NCBI GenBank assembly: GCA_964016885.1
Contig: OZ024745.1
Coordinates: 128,030,001 to 128,094,000 of the forward strand
Source: Eledone cirrhosa
Taxonomy: Eukaryota
Reading direction: 5' to 3'
Length of the DNA stretch: 64,000 nt
Below are positions 27,682 through 41,494 of the stretch, one piece after another. How positions within the stretch are numbered: the first letter of the stretch is position 1; the number at the start of each line of letters is the position of its first letter. A model generated the notes under the pieces. The model saw nothing but the letters and a program-made list of their open reading frames with translations, was not told the DNA's origin and made no database searches. The translations under genes were made by a program, and so were the position numbers.

Positions 27682-28186
27682 AATATAATTCATCGAGAAT
27701 CGTATTTCGGCTGGTAGAAAAAACGAAACGAAACGCAAAATCGTAGAAATGCTGGCAAGCGCTTTATAGTTTAAAAAACCCAGAGCTAAACAATATGTTA
27801 AAACGCCATACAAACACAGATATATATATATATGAGAAAAATGGAGCGCTGCGTGGTTGCACATGGGTTACATATGAATAAAATTAGTCCTTCATCAGTG
27901 ATCTTCTAACTTTCATTGGTATTTCATCGCTTTACAAATCATATACCTCTAGTTGGTGCGAGCAATAACAAATAAAGTTATATATATACATACATGCATG
28001 CATATATACATACATATATGCATACATAATACATACATACAAAATATACAAAAATATACAACAGAAAAATACGTAGTATATTCATATATACGTACACACA
28101 CATACATATATACATACATTCATAAATGCATACATACATACATACATACATTCATAAATGCATACATACATACATACATACATACA

Positions 28187-28217
<31 letters not shown>

Positions 28218-28219
<2 letters not shown>

Positions 28220-28647
28220 TATATCTGTATTTTTGACCGTTGGTCAGTGAATGATAAACATTGAGGGCCAAATAAATTAACTGTGGAGATATAAAAGATA
28301 CAGAAGCGATAACCAACCAAACAGTGAGTGTATTCTGTTATTATTTCTGGCAATATTATTACAACAATATGACCCTCCCCAAGTATAACAATATTTGTTT
28401 CGACACACGATTTCATATAAAAATTTTCGAAAAACAAATATATATAGGAAAAGAGTCAGGACCCCGACGGCTGAGCTCCGGCCGTTTCAACAGCTAGATC
28501 CGAAATGTTCGGATCTAGTGTCGAAACGGCCGGAGCTCAGCCGTCGGGGGTCTTGACTCTTTTTCTATTACCCACTCTACTACCCTAAGTATTGAGTACT
28601 CTGGTGCCTTATGGTCCACCTGGTATCTTACCACAATTTCTTTGTTA
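28218..28647. mobile_element. Two abutting pLTR-like units (28218-28440 and family A 28443-28647)
   Basis: The first matches 58750-58920 and 27555-27610 and has gtcGAAAcaaatattgtt on minus. The second is a ~125-bp family A palindrome plus tail. Confidence 0.65.
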
Positions 28648-29934
28648 TATATATATATATTAGTAAAATATTGATTTCTTTTATTTACAAAGCTTAAAAA
28701 CTATTGATAATTATATAAATATGAAAAAGAAAGATAAGAACAAAATTACGTAATGAGAAAACGGAGAAGAGGTAAAGAAGGGCAGGTTTGTCTGTATAGG
28801 AAGGAACGTAGAGGAACGGACTATAAATGCCTTAAATGTGTGGGGGGGGGGGCATCACTTGGGCCAGAAAAGAAAAGGTGGAGGAAGTGGAGAATGTGGT
28901 GGGCTCTGGGTCAAGTGCGTGGCAGCGTCTGAGCTGCGACCCGTGCACAAAATTGTAAAATTATATCTCTTTTCCGTAAGAATAGCAAAATTTATTGATT
29001 ACAATAAAAGAAAAAAATAAATAGAAAAGATTAGCGCATGGACCAGAGTTAAAATTGAATCTGTATTATAACCTTGACATCGATTGTGATATGATATAAC
29101 ATAATGACACAGTAGAGATTAAACCTAATTGCCAATTTCGGTAACACTCTCCTGGGTATTACATGTCATATCTTTCGGGCAAGATATAATTATATTATTT
29201 ATAAACGATGAAGAACAGCATCAATCATTCTTATTCTTAATGAATCTAATATGAAGCCATATTAATAGAATTCAGAATGTATCGCGTTCTGAGGGATTCT
29301 ATTGCGACATTATAAAGGCGAAAGATTTCATCCAGTTGAGGATTTTTAACTTTATTGGTTTTAGTTTTTCATTGAAATTATTTGTCAATGTAGAAAACGC
29401 AAATGGATGATTTTGTAGATTAATTTCACTCACGCATACGCTCGCCCACACACAAGCTCATATATAATATATACCTTGTAGAAATACCACTCTTTAGGTT
29501 TGGTTTTTGGCTAGTGTAAGAACGTGTGTATGCGTGGGTTTCGTCATGTATCTATCTAGGTAAACAAATGAAAAGTATAAACAAGATTTTTGACAGCTAT
29601 ATGATACAAAGCTGCACCGTTATATTTTATTTCGCGATGTCTTTAATTTGATAGAACGGTATTTATTATCTTCAAGATAGTAATCTACAAAATTAGTTAA
29701 GCAAAAGCATGATTGAATGAAGCAAGAACACATTCGATAAAGGTCGAAAATAGTTTTTTATCCATCCTTGGATACCAGATATCTTCTATTCTAGTAGCTT
29801 ACAGTGTCTAGATTACCTTATGGTTAAATGGCAAAGCTACATTTGTGACATGGAAACAATGCGCACTTAAAAAGCATATTTGATATGACGGTTTATTGAC
29901 TTTAATATCACGTAGGCACAGATCGTCGCAATTT

Positions 29935-30320
29935 GGTTCGGCAGTATCGGTAGAGCGTCAGACACAATGCTTTGCAGCATAGTTATGGTGCTCTACGTTC
30001 TGAGTTCAAATCCACCGCGGTTAACTTTGCCTTTCATCATTACGGAGTCAATAAAATAAAGTACCAGTAATGCGCTGGTGCAATTGATGGCCTTGTGCCA
30101 AAAGTAGAAATATTATTGTCATTATTATGTTAAGAGACAAAGTTGGATAGGCAGCAGTATCGGTAGAGGGTCGGACGCCATGCTTTACAGTATAGGGTTA
30201 CGGCCCTTTGCGGTCTGAGTTAAAATCTCGTCGCGGTTAGCTTTGCCTGTCATCCTTACAGGTTCGATAAAATAAAACACCACTAATGCACTGGAGTAAT
30301 TGCTGGCCTTTTGCCAAAAT
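29935..30320 (+). mobile_element. Two tandem tRNA-SINE copies
   Basis: ggcagtatcggtagag heads at ~29940 and ~30155, with B boxes and central domain. Confidence 0.85.
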
Positions 30321-30764
30321 AACAACCATGAAAGCAAAATCAAAAGCTGCAGCACCATCATCATCACCAACTGCAAAACATAGACACAGACGTTTCAGCG
30401 TGTAAGAAATATACCGCCTTCAGCACTAAAATTAGAGTTGGATTTGTTACCACTTCTACTACCGCTATCTGTTATAATACTACTCCAGCAATAGGCTCAT
30501 GTTTTGCCAAAGCAACTAAGGCCGCAAGAGCTACATACATGTCGAAATAAGCGTAGAAAAGGTTATGAATCGAGTCGTTGGTGGACCCGGAGGGAATAAA
30601 ACATTTACAATAATTGATGTGAGGTTCTCAAATGGAGGCTAGGAGATGCTCCTCAACCATTTTAAAAAGCGAGGAACTAACTCTCATTCCAATATACCGC
30701 TTTGTTTACAATTCTAGCTACAGGATTAAAATCTTCTAACAAGATTGAATTAATAGCTGACCAG

Positions 30765-30856
30765 AAGCACTTTCACGTAGGGGTTAAAGCACTTTCACGT
30801 GGGGGTTAAAGCACTTTCACGTGGGGGTTAAAGCACTTTCACGTGGGGGTTAAAGC
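30765..30856. repeat. 4 x 22-bp minisatellite containing CACGTG
   Basis: aagcactttcacgtgggggtta x4; the first copy has cacgta. Confidence 0.95.
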
Positions 30857-30944
30857 GATGAGGGCTTCCATTCCTCGCAGGGGCATATGTCTACGTTTTG
30901 CATCTCAATGGTTGCTTTACCCTATTTTCTCAGCTATAATATAT

Positions 30945-31125
30945 AATTGTTTCTACTTTAGGCACAAAGCCAGCAATTACCCAGTACATTACTGGTACTT
31001 TATTTTATCGACCCCGTAAGGATGAAAGGCAAAGTTAACCTCGGCGGGATTTGAACTAAGAATGGCAAGGGCCGTAACTCTATGCGTCAAAGCATGGCGT
31101 CCGACCCTCTACCGATACGGCCATC
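30945..31125 (-). mobile_element. tRNA-derived SINE
   Basis: Near-identical to 62137-62325. Confidence 0.85.
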
Positions 31126-31288
31126 CAAACATTACTTTTTTTGTATTTTTCACCTGCGAGTGAAGGCCTCCAGTTGTTGTCTCAACACCATTCTAGGAGA
31201 GGGAAACTCTGATAGTTCAATTCCAATATTGGCAGTACTGGAATTGAACTATCAAGACCGTTGAGGTATGTCATACATCAATTCATGT

Positions 31289-31352
31289 ATTTTATCTGAT
31301 GAGGACGTTCTGAAAAAACAGCACAGTACCTTCGAAATATATATAATAAAAC
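31289..31352 (+). ncRNA. Type I hammerhead ribozyme
   Basis: ttttat-CTGATGA-ggacgttctgaaaaaacagcacagtaccttc-GAAA-tatata-TA-ataaaa. Palindromic ATATATAT stem III; imperfect stem II. Confidence 0.7.
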
Positions 31353-31395
31353 ATATATTTTGATTATGTGAATGTCTTCATTTATTAATATTTTG

Positions 31396-31447
<52 letters not shown>

Positions 31448-31529
31448 GTCTTCCTGCTATATCAAGCGTTAACCTAATATATACCTTCCATATACTGTAC
31501 CGATTGTGTTGTTATTTCTGTTCACCTTT

Positions 31530-31581
<52 letters not shown>

Positions 31582-31616
31582 GTGTTTGTGTGCATGCGTG
31601 TTTGTGAGCGTGAGAG

Positions 31617-31663
<47 letters not shown>

Positions 31664-31862
31664 ACGTGTGTGTGTTTAAGTGTGTGTGTGTATAGTGCTC
31701 TTTGAGAAGGAAAAGATGTATAATTTTTCAGTCACCAGTTGTAGTTTCCCTAATTTCTCTTCTATTATTTATTATGATTATTTGCATTGGGATTAACACA
31801 TTTCAAAGTGCCAGTTTTCCCAATTCTCAACCGATTTGTTTCAAAACGCATACATACATACT

Positions 31863-31917
<55 letters not shown>

Positions 31918-31920
<3 letters not shown>

Positions 31921-32028
31921 TGAGATTCTACAGGACAGGAACTGTTTCATTCTTTAGAAATCATCAGGAGATTATTGATGATTTCTAAAGAATGAAACAG
32001 TTCTAGTGTTGTAGAATCTCATCTATAT
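31918..32028. ncRNA. Head-to-head pair of hammerheads (family B) forming a palindrome
   Basis: Minus: CTGATGA-tttctaaagaat-GAAA-cagttcctgtcctg-TA-gaat. Plus: TTGATGA-tttctaaagaat-GAAA-cagttctagtgttg-TA-gaatc. Confidence 0.75.
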
Positions 32029-32272
32029 TAAAACTTTTATATTCTGCTATGTATTGAGTACCTTACTTACTGTGGTTACCTCCGATTCAACCCGGAATAA
32101 CTTACTATATATATTTATATATGTGTGTGTGTGTGTGTGTAGAAGAGATATTTTATTTGTTGGAAATCCAACAAATAAAGATGTTTATAACTGATTCAGA
32201 GTACTCGACAGGTTTTGGAGTAAGTATTCAATGATATTAAATAAAAGGAAACTATATTTATAAAACCATATT

Positions 32273-32334
32273 TATTCTATTATATATATTTCAAGCGTAC
32301 AAAACATGTTGGTACGCTATCATCAGATAAAATA
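32273..32334 (-). ncRNA. Type I hammerhead ribozyme
   Basis: Minus: tattttat-CTGATGA-tagcgtaccaacatgttttgtacgctt-GAAA-(ta)n-atagaata. agcgtac/gtacgct stem II. Confidence 0.8.
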
Positions 32335-32456
32335 CAAAATGCTTTATAAATATTTGACATGACCAAGGATGATATACCTTAACGGTTCAAGTTATCCCTA
32401 AAATAATTAAGTGCAATATGTAAAATTTGGCTTCGTTTATTATAAATTATAGATAT

Positions 32457-32511
32457 ACTGCTATATATATTTCGGTGACAGCCATCATTGGCTGTGACCT
32501 CTTCAGGCAGT
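32457..32511 (-). ncRNA. Type I hammerhead ribozyme
   Basis: Minus: actgc-CTGAAGA-ggtcacagccaatgatggctgtcacc-GAAA-tatata-TA-gcagt. All stems form. Sister copy at 55777-55831. Confidence 0.85.
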
Positions 32512-32646
32512 CCGAATTGGTGTGGAAAAGACAGGTACACATGTTGTTGAAGTGTGTTTTACTCCGTCAATACATCGATATGTCCAGCTCCTGGCTGTGT
32601 TGTTATTTCTCTGAGGAACTGGAATCAATTCTCTCTCTCTCTATAT

Positions 32647-32733
<87 letters not shown>

Positions 32734-32769
32734 TTTATACATACATATATACATACATACATACATATA

Positions 32770-33079
32770 TAGTTGTTGTGGCACTCCGTCGGTTACGACG
32801 ATGGGTATTCCTGATGATACGATCAGCAGAAACGCCTGCTCGTGGCTGAGCATTTCACACACATGCTTACCATTAATGTAGTTCTCAGGAAGATTCAAAG
32901 AGACACAGAATGTGACATGTCTATCTCTTCAAATTATAGGTACAACTGATTTTTTCTAGCTGAATGAACTGGAGCAACATATAATAAAGTGTCTTGCTCA
33001 AGGACACAGCGGGTCACCAGATATCGAACTCGCGAACATGCGGTCTTGAGCCGAATACCTAACCACAAAGCCACGTGCC
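32770..33079 (-). mobile_element. tRNA-derived SINE of a second family (CORE/V-like central motif)
   Basis: Minus: ggcacgtggctttgtggttagg...gagttcgat...tgtgtccttgagcaagacacttt. Confidence 0.7.
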
Positions 33080-33108
33080 TTCACACATACATACCTGTAC
33101 GTATAGAT

Positions 33109-33147
<39 letters not shown>

Positions 33148-33435
33148 AGGAAGGATGTGTGGTCCAGAAATAGCCGTCGAAACAGCTTGAGCTCTGCCGT
33201 CGGGGTCTTGAACATTTTCCTATATATATATATATATATATATATATAATGTGTGTGTGTGGGTGTATATATATATATATATGTGTGTTTGTGTGTGTAT
33301 ATATATGTGTTTGTGTTTGTGTGTATATGTGTGTGTGTTTGTGTGTGTATATACGGACACATATTACACACATGCCTATATGCAGCCACACAAGTTAACA
33401 TGTAATATGTGTATACATATCTATCTATCTGTCAG

Positions 33436-33468
<33 letters not shown>

Positions 33469-33764
33469 ATGTATGTCGAAGTACGTCATTCTGATGTAGT
33501 CTGACAGTAGACAGATCTTGACTACCTGAACAATGGACATGAGAACATCCATTTCGTTGACTTGCAAAAACAAAACAAAAAGTAAATAGATTAACAAACA
33601 AATAAAATATTTTCAAAAAAATAAAAATTCTGCACTCAGTGACACCAAACATACCTTCATAGCGGAACTGTCAATATTGGACAAAGGTTTAGCGGGAAGA
33701 ATCCCACACATACACACACAGAAATGTTTTGATGTATACGTACATATATAGAGAAGTATATACA

Positions 33765-34390
33765 TATACACACACGTATATACATATACACACACGTATA
33801 TACATATACACTCACACGTATATACATATACACACAGACGTATATACATATACACTCACACGTATATACATATACACACACGTATATACATATACACACA
33901 CACGTATATACATATACACTCACACGTATATACATATACACACACGTATATACATATACACACACGTATATACATATACACACACGTATATACATATACA
34001 CACACGTATATACATATACACACACGTATATACATATACACACACACGTATATACATATACACTCACACGTATATACATATACACACATATATACATATA
34101 CACACACGTATATACATATACACACACACGTATATACATATACACACACACGTATATACATATACACATACGTATATACATATACACACACGTATATACA
34201 TATACACACACACGTATATACACATACACACACGTATATACATATACACACACGTATATACATATACACACACGTATACACATATACACACACGTATATA
34301 CATATACACACACACGCGTGTATGCATATACACACACACACACGTATATACATATACACACACATATATACATATACACACGTATATACG
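33765..34390. repeat. 20-22-bp minisatellite (cacacgtatatacatataca)n
   Basis: Directly visible; almost pure purine-pyrimidine alternation. Confidence 0.95.
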
Positions 34391-34433
34391 TACATACGTA
34401 GAAAGCATATCCAATTCAGTGTTTATTCACACA

Positions 34434-34471
<38 letters not shown>

Positions 34472-34525
34472 TACATACATATTGTGTGTGTGTGAGTGTG
34501 TGTTGTATGTATGTATGTATATAGA

Positions 34526-34599
<74 letters not shown>

Positions 34600-35529
34600 T
34601 GCATTTGTCTCTGTGTGTGTATATATTGTGGGGGGGGGGGTCTACATATATATATATATGTGCATGTGTCTGTGTGTGTATATATTGTTTGGGGGGGGGT
34701 GTACATACATACATATATATATATTATATATATATATAAATGGCAGGTGAAAACGAGAATTCAATACATGATTTAAACTTTGCCGTATGCCATTACATAA
34801 TTATTACTTTTAAACCCCTGTTTAGACGACACCATGGGGTTGGAATAAATGTGTGTGTGTGTGGGGGGGGGGGTTAATTTTTATAGGTTGTCTCCCTTGA
34901 TGTTTAAAAAAAAAGAAACAGAATTAGTCTTTTTATTTACATATTGAGACCCCAACCCATCCTATTTATTTTATAACGAATGGAATTTCTAGTAATGTAC
35001 TTTTTGTCATGTATAATGTTTGTTGTTTATTTAATATATAAAGAAAATTAATTCTCGCTGAAATGCTTTCACTTTAAAAAAAAATTGCCATAGAGAGATT
35101 AGCTAAATTTAACAAGAGTTGGGGTTGGAATAAGGGCGGACGGTTTGGAAGAATCTGAAAAATTAATAAGCGGAAGAGTGGAACGATTATTCAAGACCCG
35201 AGAGTACATAACCACAGACCATTCAATATCTTTGGGTATTTACATGCTTATGTAAATACACCTGAAAGAAGGCTGCTGTTAGTTGAAACATGCGGCGTTT
35301 GCAGTCTCTGTTCATTTCATGTTGTATTTGCTTGCAGCTAGCTAAATAGCTTCAAATATTTAGACAGTATCTCTTGTGTTGTACAAATGTTTGATATGGA
35401 GACATTTTTGCTTATATTTTAAACCGACATCCAATCCAGCCATATTAAGGATGCGGGTATCTTGGAACCATTTAAGAGTGGCAGACATCGTGTTACACTG
35501 GTCGGACTATTATGTTCGTCTTCAAAAAT

Positions 35530-35855
35530 AATGGTTTCTACTTTTGGCACAAGGCCAGCAATTAACCAGTGTATTACTGGTACTTTATTTCATCGACCCC
35601 GTAAGGAGGAAAGGCAAAGTCAACCTCGGCGGGATTTGCTTAAAAAATAATGGTTTCTGATTTAGCCACAAGGCTAACAGTTCTGAGGGGAGGGGAAAGT
35701 CAATTAAATCGACCCCAATGCGTTACAGGTACTTTATCTTGTCGACCCCGTAATGATAAATGGCAAAGATAAGCTCGGCGGAATTCGAACTCAGAGGTAA
35801 AGGGATGTAATTCTATGCTGCAAAGCATGTTTCCGACGCCCTATCGATACTACCA
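35530..35855 (-). mobile_element. Two tandem tRNA-SINE copies
   Basis: Shared central domain and tail. Further copies at 37295-37435 (-) and 38798-38985 (+). Confidence 0.8.
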
Positions 35856-36201
35856 CTCAAATGTAATATAGAACAGCCACAAATCTTCGAGGGCTAGTGC
35901 TGCTGTATCCCACATTGAAGTGATGTCGGTGCCTACGAGGTGGTGTCGTTGCCTTGCTATATTAGTCAAAGGGCGGGGGCAGTTCATTTTATGTAAACGG
36001 CAGAAGAGATACAAAATATGGTTTTATATTTTAAGATTGGATGCCCTCATATGAGATTCTGGTTTTGCTTGGTTAACAAATCTGATGAGCAGATTAGGAA
36101 TGGAGTCCTTAGAGGAATAACATACGTTTAAATAGCTTGACAAATTGAACATTGCGAAACCCAACCACACAATAGCAAAACAACGAAAGAACTAATCAGG
36201 T

Positions 36202-36286
<85 letters not shown>

Positions 36287-36330
36287 AATGAGTTATATAC
36301 TTTGTTGAGGAATTTCCATTTATTACTATT

Positions 36331-36378
<48 letters not shown>

Positions 36379-36807
36379 TTTTATTAGAATGCTCTTGAAG
36401 TGTGTATACATATTTAGGGACACCCTGTGTATATATCATCATCATCACCATCCCCATCGTTTAACGTCCGTTTCCCTCCCAGGCTTGTATGGATTAGACA
36501 GTTTGTAATGTTATGAGACAAGTCAGATCCAGAGACGACGTCTTTGCTAATACAGATCTGCATTTTGGCTTGGTTTCTACGGCTGGATGCCCTCATTAAC
36601 ACCAACCACGTTACAGTGTAGAGTGGGTGCTTTCTTATTGTGGCACCGAAATAACCACTTTACAAGGTTGACTGGGCATGATTTGTCATGTCACCTGCAT
36701 TCTCCCGAATGAATCCTGTAGATTCCTTTTCTATATTAAATATTTATACTCTGCTTTGTATTGAGTACCTTACTTACTGTGGTTACCCCGATTGAACCCT
36801 GGATAAA

Positions 36808-36871
<64 letters not shown>

Positions 36872-36875
36872 TCCC

Positions 36876-36988
36876 AGTAGTCCGATGATTTGATCAGAGA
36901 CACACACTGTATTTAAGGTCGAGTGACGCAACTTCGAGTGATTAGCAGCCTTTAGACGCACCTGATCAATGAAACAATTGTTAATACT
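36876..36988 (+). ncRNA. Hammerhead-like motif with long stem II and variant core
   Basis: agtagt-CCGATGA-tttgatcag...(~65 nt)...ctgatcaat-GAAA-caattg-TT-aatact. Palindromic stem III. The motif makes up most of an island between two (TA)n tracts. Confidence 0.55.
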
Positions 36989-37019
36989 ATAAGTAAAACC
37001 CATGTTATCCTTCACAATT

Positions 37020-37079
<60 letters not shown>

Positions 37080-37698
37080 AGGTGTGTGTGTTGTGTGTAT
37101 ATATGTGTATACATATATTTATGCATGTATATAATTATAAGGTACTTTATTTCTAATGTTGTTTGAAGTAAGCTATGACAATTTGATGTGGACGGAACAA
37201 AAGACAGTCTATTCTATAATTCTGTCAGAAATGTATCTAATCAGCATTAAGTATGATTGTGGGTTTGTTTTATCGACCTGAGAGGGGCTAATAGTAGTTT
37301 CTTATATAGGCACAAGGCCAGCAATTTTGGGGGAGAGGGATGTCGATTAAATCGACCCCAGTGCATGACTGGTACTTTATTTTATCGACCCCGTAAGGAT
37401 GAAAGGCAAAGTTAACCTCGGCGGGATTTGAACTCGAGAGGGGGTAATAGTAAAACAGATTCCGGTGGGATTTAATCAAGGAAATGAAATGAAGAAAACT
37501 GTATTTCTGAAATATTATCTAACTGCTGTATTAACTTCGAGTATTATCAATAACCGTAGTTAATGTCTCATATCATTGATGCGAGTATTCCCAAGATTCC
37601 TACTGTATGCAAAAGAATCAAAAGAGCCATCTTGGAAAATTCTCTCATCTGCCTCTCATCTCGATTTTTCCTTCTTCCATACACACAATCTCTCTCTT

Positions 37699-37767
<69 letters not shown>

Positions 37768-37994
37768 ATATCTCTCTGTTTCTTTCTCTCTCTCTCTTTC
37801 TCTCTCTCTCTCACACACAAACACACACACAATATCCCTACCTCTCTCTCTCTTTGTTTCTCTCTCTCTCTTTCTCTCTCTCACACACACACAATATCTC
37901 TCTGTCTTGCTTTCTCTCTCCCTTTCTCTCCCTCTTTCTTTCTCTCTCTCTCTTGTATCCTCTCTCTCTCTTTCTCTCTCTCACACACACTCAA

Positions 37995-38025
<31 letters not shown>

Positions 38026-39171
38026 TATGCGCACACACACATACACATCCATTGTAACTTGTTAGCTTAGTCTATCATTTCTACTCCTCTAAAGCAACGA
38101 TTCTTCTTTAAATTAGTAGAAATAGTAGTAATTATTCTGCAAACAAATAAGCAGAGTAACGCATGCAATTCTCATGGTGGAATACAAATTAACATCTATT
38201 ACAATGGTTCTAACCATTATCCTTAAATGAAAACTTCAATATTAAAGTTTTACTGCAGCAAGGTTATTAAATTAATTGCAAAAGATCACGAATGTAACCC
38301 AACTCTAAATGCCGATGTTTTATTTAATATACACGTAATACAAATAGAGTTTTATACTTGATTTCTAAGATGATACTCGATTTCTAGCCGAGGATACGTT
38401 AAGAAACACCGACTAGATAAAAGTGTCCTGTCTTGTCAACCAATATAAAATGATATGAATATCAGGTCAAGCGTGTTTTAATAGATAGCTTTATCCGATA
38501 AAGATCTTTCTTTTAATTGTGGGTTATATAAATATCGACGTGACTAGAAAAGCAGGCTCCTTCTGTTACGGGATTTATATATGTTATTGTACGTCTTCAG
38601 TTCAAATCATACCAAAGCCGACTTTTTATTCCATCCAATTAATTGATTATTGAGAATAATGATTAGAAGAATTGACAGAGAGGCGGACAAATTGTGTTAT
38701 ATTTAATTACGTTTTATTTTTTTTTTACATTCCGAGCTTGAAACCCCCTGAGGGTGAATTTCTCTTCCATTATTTCAATCAATATTATTTCCATCAAGGG
38801 CGGTGAATTGGCTGTATCGGTAGAGGGTCGGACACTATGTTTTCCAGCATAGTTACGTCCCTTTAGGTCTGAGTTCAAATCCCGTCCGGGTTAACTTTGC
38901 CTTTAATCCTTACGGTGTCGATAAAATGAAGTACCAGTAATGTATTGGGTATTTACTGGCCTTGTCCAAAAGTAGAAACAATTATTTTAATCAATATTTG
39001 AGGACTAATGAAGATTTCAAAAATCGATATTTTATTATGATTACTATGACTTGTTGACACACACTTCACTAAATCTAATGTATATGTTACAATACCAAGT
39101 AGGCAATTCGTATTTATTAATTATATTTATTTATATGATGTGTTTATTTAAACAAACAAATAAACAAACAA

Positions 39172-39372
39172 AGGAGGTGACCTAAGGGTAGACTCTGAGC
39201 AAATTGGATGGATAACACCAATGAGCTTGGCTAGTCTCGCTTGGGGATCCAGCCGGATCAGTTGGAGACGATTGGACCCACTGGAAGAAGTGTTTCAGGA
39301 CTCTGCCCGCACGACCCTCTCAGGAATAAGTGGGTGAAGAAGAAGAAGAAGAAGAAGAAGAAGAAGAAGAAG
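39172..39372 (+). mobile_element. Rex3/Expander-like RTE 3' end with (GAA)n tail
   Basis: PKGRL*ANWMDNTNELG*SRLGIQPDQLE...LCPHDPLRNK then (GAA)n. Homologous to 11764-11940. Confidence 0.75.
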
Positions 39373-40060
39373 AGGGAGAGGAGGGTATATTTATTTGTTA
39401 ATTCGTTGTATATTTTTTATTAAAGCTATACTTCTGGTGAAACCGTGGTACACGATATTAGGAATTTTTGTGAATAAAAGCGGATGAGTTGGGACTGAGT
39501 GTACATAAAATAACTGTCAAATATCCATATTGAAGCTAATCAATCTTGAACTTATCTTACGGTAAATAGTTCCATGATATGATACGGTCCACTGCTTTCG
39601 CAGCAAGGTCATCGTGGTACAGCACAGATCTCGATATTGTTCGTTGGGCATAACTCGTACTCGACTAACATCCTGAACAGGAATGGAAAAGAGGAAGAGG
39701 GTTGAATGAAGATTTAATATCTATCAACAAACAGTTCAGCTTATTCAACTGGGATGTAAAGTCGCGTGATACTTTCCGGTGAAGACGGAAGAAATGATGA
39801 AAGATGGCATAATTCCTGAATATTTTTTTTATTCTTATATTTTATTAGTTTTTCTATGTGTTTACATCTCTGTAAACAATTGGTAGGTTTAGATTACTAG
39901 AAGGGGGAGATAAGTAGAGTATAAAGAAAAGGAGATTGATCGAAAGAACTTTTCATTGAGCAGGATATTAGAGTGAGAAATTAGAAAACGTAATAGAAAT
40001 ATGGAAATTATAGAGTAAAGAAAGTTAATTGACGAAAAAGAAAAAGCAGGAAACATATAT

Positions 40061-40093
<33 letters not shown>

Positions 40094-40164
40094 TGTCTCT
40101 TGAGGTCACTGGTTGTGACTTGGTGATAACTCGTATGAACATAAAGCAAGATAAATGCAGCTGT

Positions 40165-41165
40165 AATAATAATAATAATAATAACAACAACAATAATAAT
40201 AATGCTTTCTTTATTAACCACAAGGGTTGACACAAAGTATAACATTAAGGACAACACAGGACAATACAAATGGACATTTTTGCGTGTAAAAAACCAACAA
40301 CAGAGTGTGACAAAAAGAAACAATGAAAAATTCCCAATAGGGGGGGGGGAGACCTCCGAAGGTTGCTCGAGGAGAAAACCCAGGGGAAAAGCCACGGTTA
40401 CCCTGACCGCTAGGGCAAATGCCCTCTTCCAGTTTTCCTCCTACAATGCTACAGGCACACGCTCAGGGTAGACCCATTCACACGGGCCATTCTTGCCTCT
40501 CTCACCCACCTTTCAACAAACTGGCTGGAGGTCAGCACTTCCCTCTCCACCCTGATTTTCCTCTTCAGGTGAAACCTGAAAAAGTTAATGAGGGCGTCAC
40601 TGAAGAGGAAAGTACCGGTCCTCAACCCTTTCAGACGTGTCCACCATACAATCTCTTTTACCATGGCCACCAGGCAGATAAAAACTGCCTGCCCTTCTCG
40701 GCTAAAGGAAGGTGGCGCCGGAATCTTCACAATGGACTCAGCTGATAACCGGATCCGTTCTACCCGTGACAGCAGGTGTTCGGCATAAACCCAAGTCAGC
40801 AATGCTCGGACACTGGACGAGTGCGTGCAGGACGGTTTCATCGCCCTGCGCGCATCTCGGACAGGCTCGGCTGACGGCACTTCCATGCCTGTAGAGTTTA
40901 TCCCGAACTGGCAAAGCTCCTCGGTAGCACTGCCAGGCCAGGGATTTCTGGAAGTTTTCCATGGGCCCCGGCCTGAAAGTTCTCCCGAATAGATTGGCTA
41001 GTTGGTTTTCGTCGACGCCTAGAGTCTCTCCAAGGACGTCGTTGCTCTTTCCTTCCACTAATTCTCTATAAAAAGCCAAGGTGGAGTTTCCAGCAATTGT
41101 ATTGCTCGACTGGTCGAGGGCTGTAAGCGCCTGAAGACATTCTAGTCTCCAAGCGCTTCCTCTCG
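40165..41165 (-). mobile_element. L1/Tx1-clade LINE 3' end (C-terminal zinc knuckle plus 3' UTR)
   Basis: FQKSLAWQCYRGALPVRDKL..CPRC..DETVLHALVQC..W, one frameshift, AATAAA and (ATT)n tail. Older 3' copy at 43435-43815. Confidence 0.85.
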
Positions 41166-41169
41166 GTCT

Positions 41170-41490
41170 TATGGTTTCTTATATAGACACAAGGCCAGCA
41201 ATTTAGGAGAAAGTCGATTACATCGACCCCAGTACGTGACTGGTACTTTATTTTATCGACCGCGCAAGGATGAAAGACAAAGTTAACTGAGGTGTGATTT
41301 GAACTCAGAACGAAAAGGGCCGTAACTAGATCCCACAAATTATTGTGTCCGACAATCTACCAATACTGCCAAAATAATAATGATAATGGTTTCTTAAATA
41401 GGCACAAGGCCAGCCATTTTGGGGAGAGGGATATCGATTAAATCAACCCCTGTTTATTACTGGTGCTTTATCTTATCGACCCTGTAAGGG
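41170..41490 (-). mobile_element. Two tRNA-SINE copies between the LINEs
   Basis: Shared SINE central domain and tail. Confidence 0.75.
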
Positions 41491-41494
41491 CGGA

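Noticed and set aside
26700-27900. Isolated minus-strand CTGAAGA (~26744) and CTGATGA (~27892) cores
   Set aside because: No compatible stem II/GAAA/stem III arrangement found.
29215-29345. Ig-like peptide RIQNVSRSEGFYC
   Set aside because: Short, surrounded by stops, no splice support; could be chance.
32806-32850. CTGATGA...GAAA hammerhead candidate
   Set aside because: Inside a SINE; stems I and II do not pair and the cleavage position is G.
35255-35305. CTGAAAGA...GAAAcatg motif
   Set aside because: The core has an extra base and no UH site; too degenerate to call.
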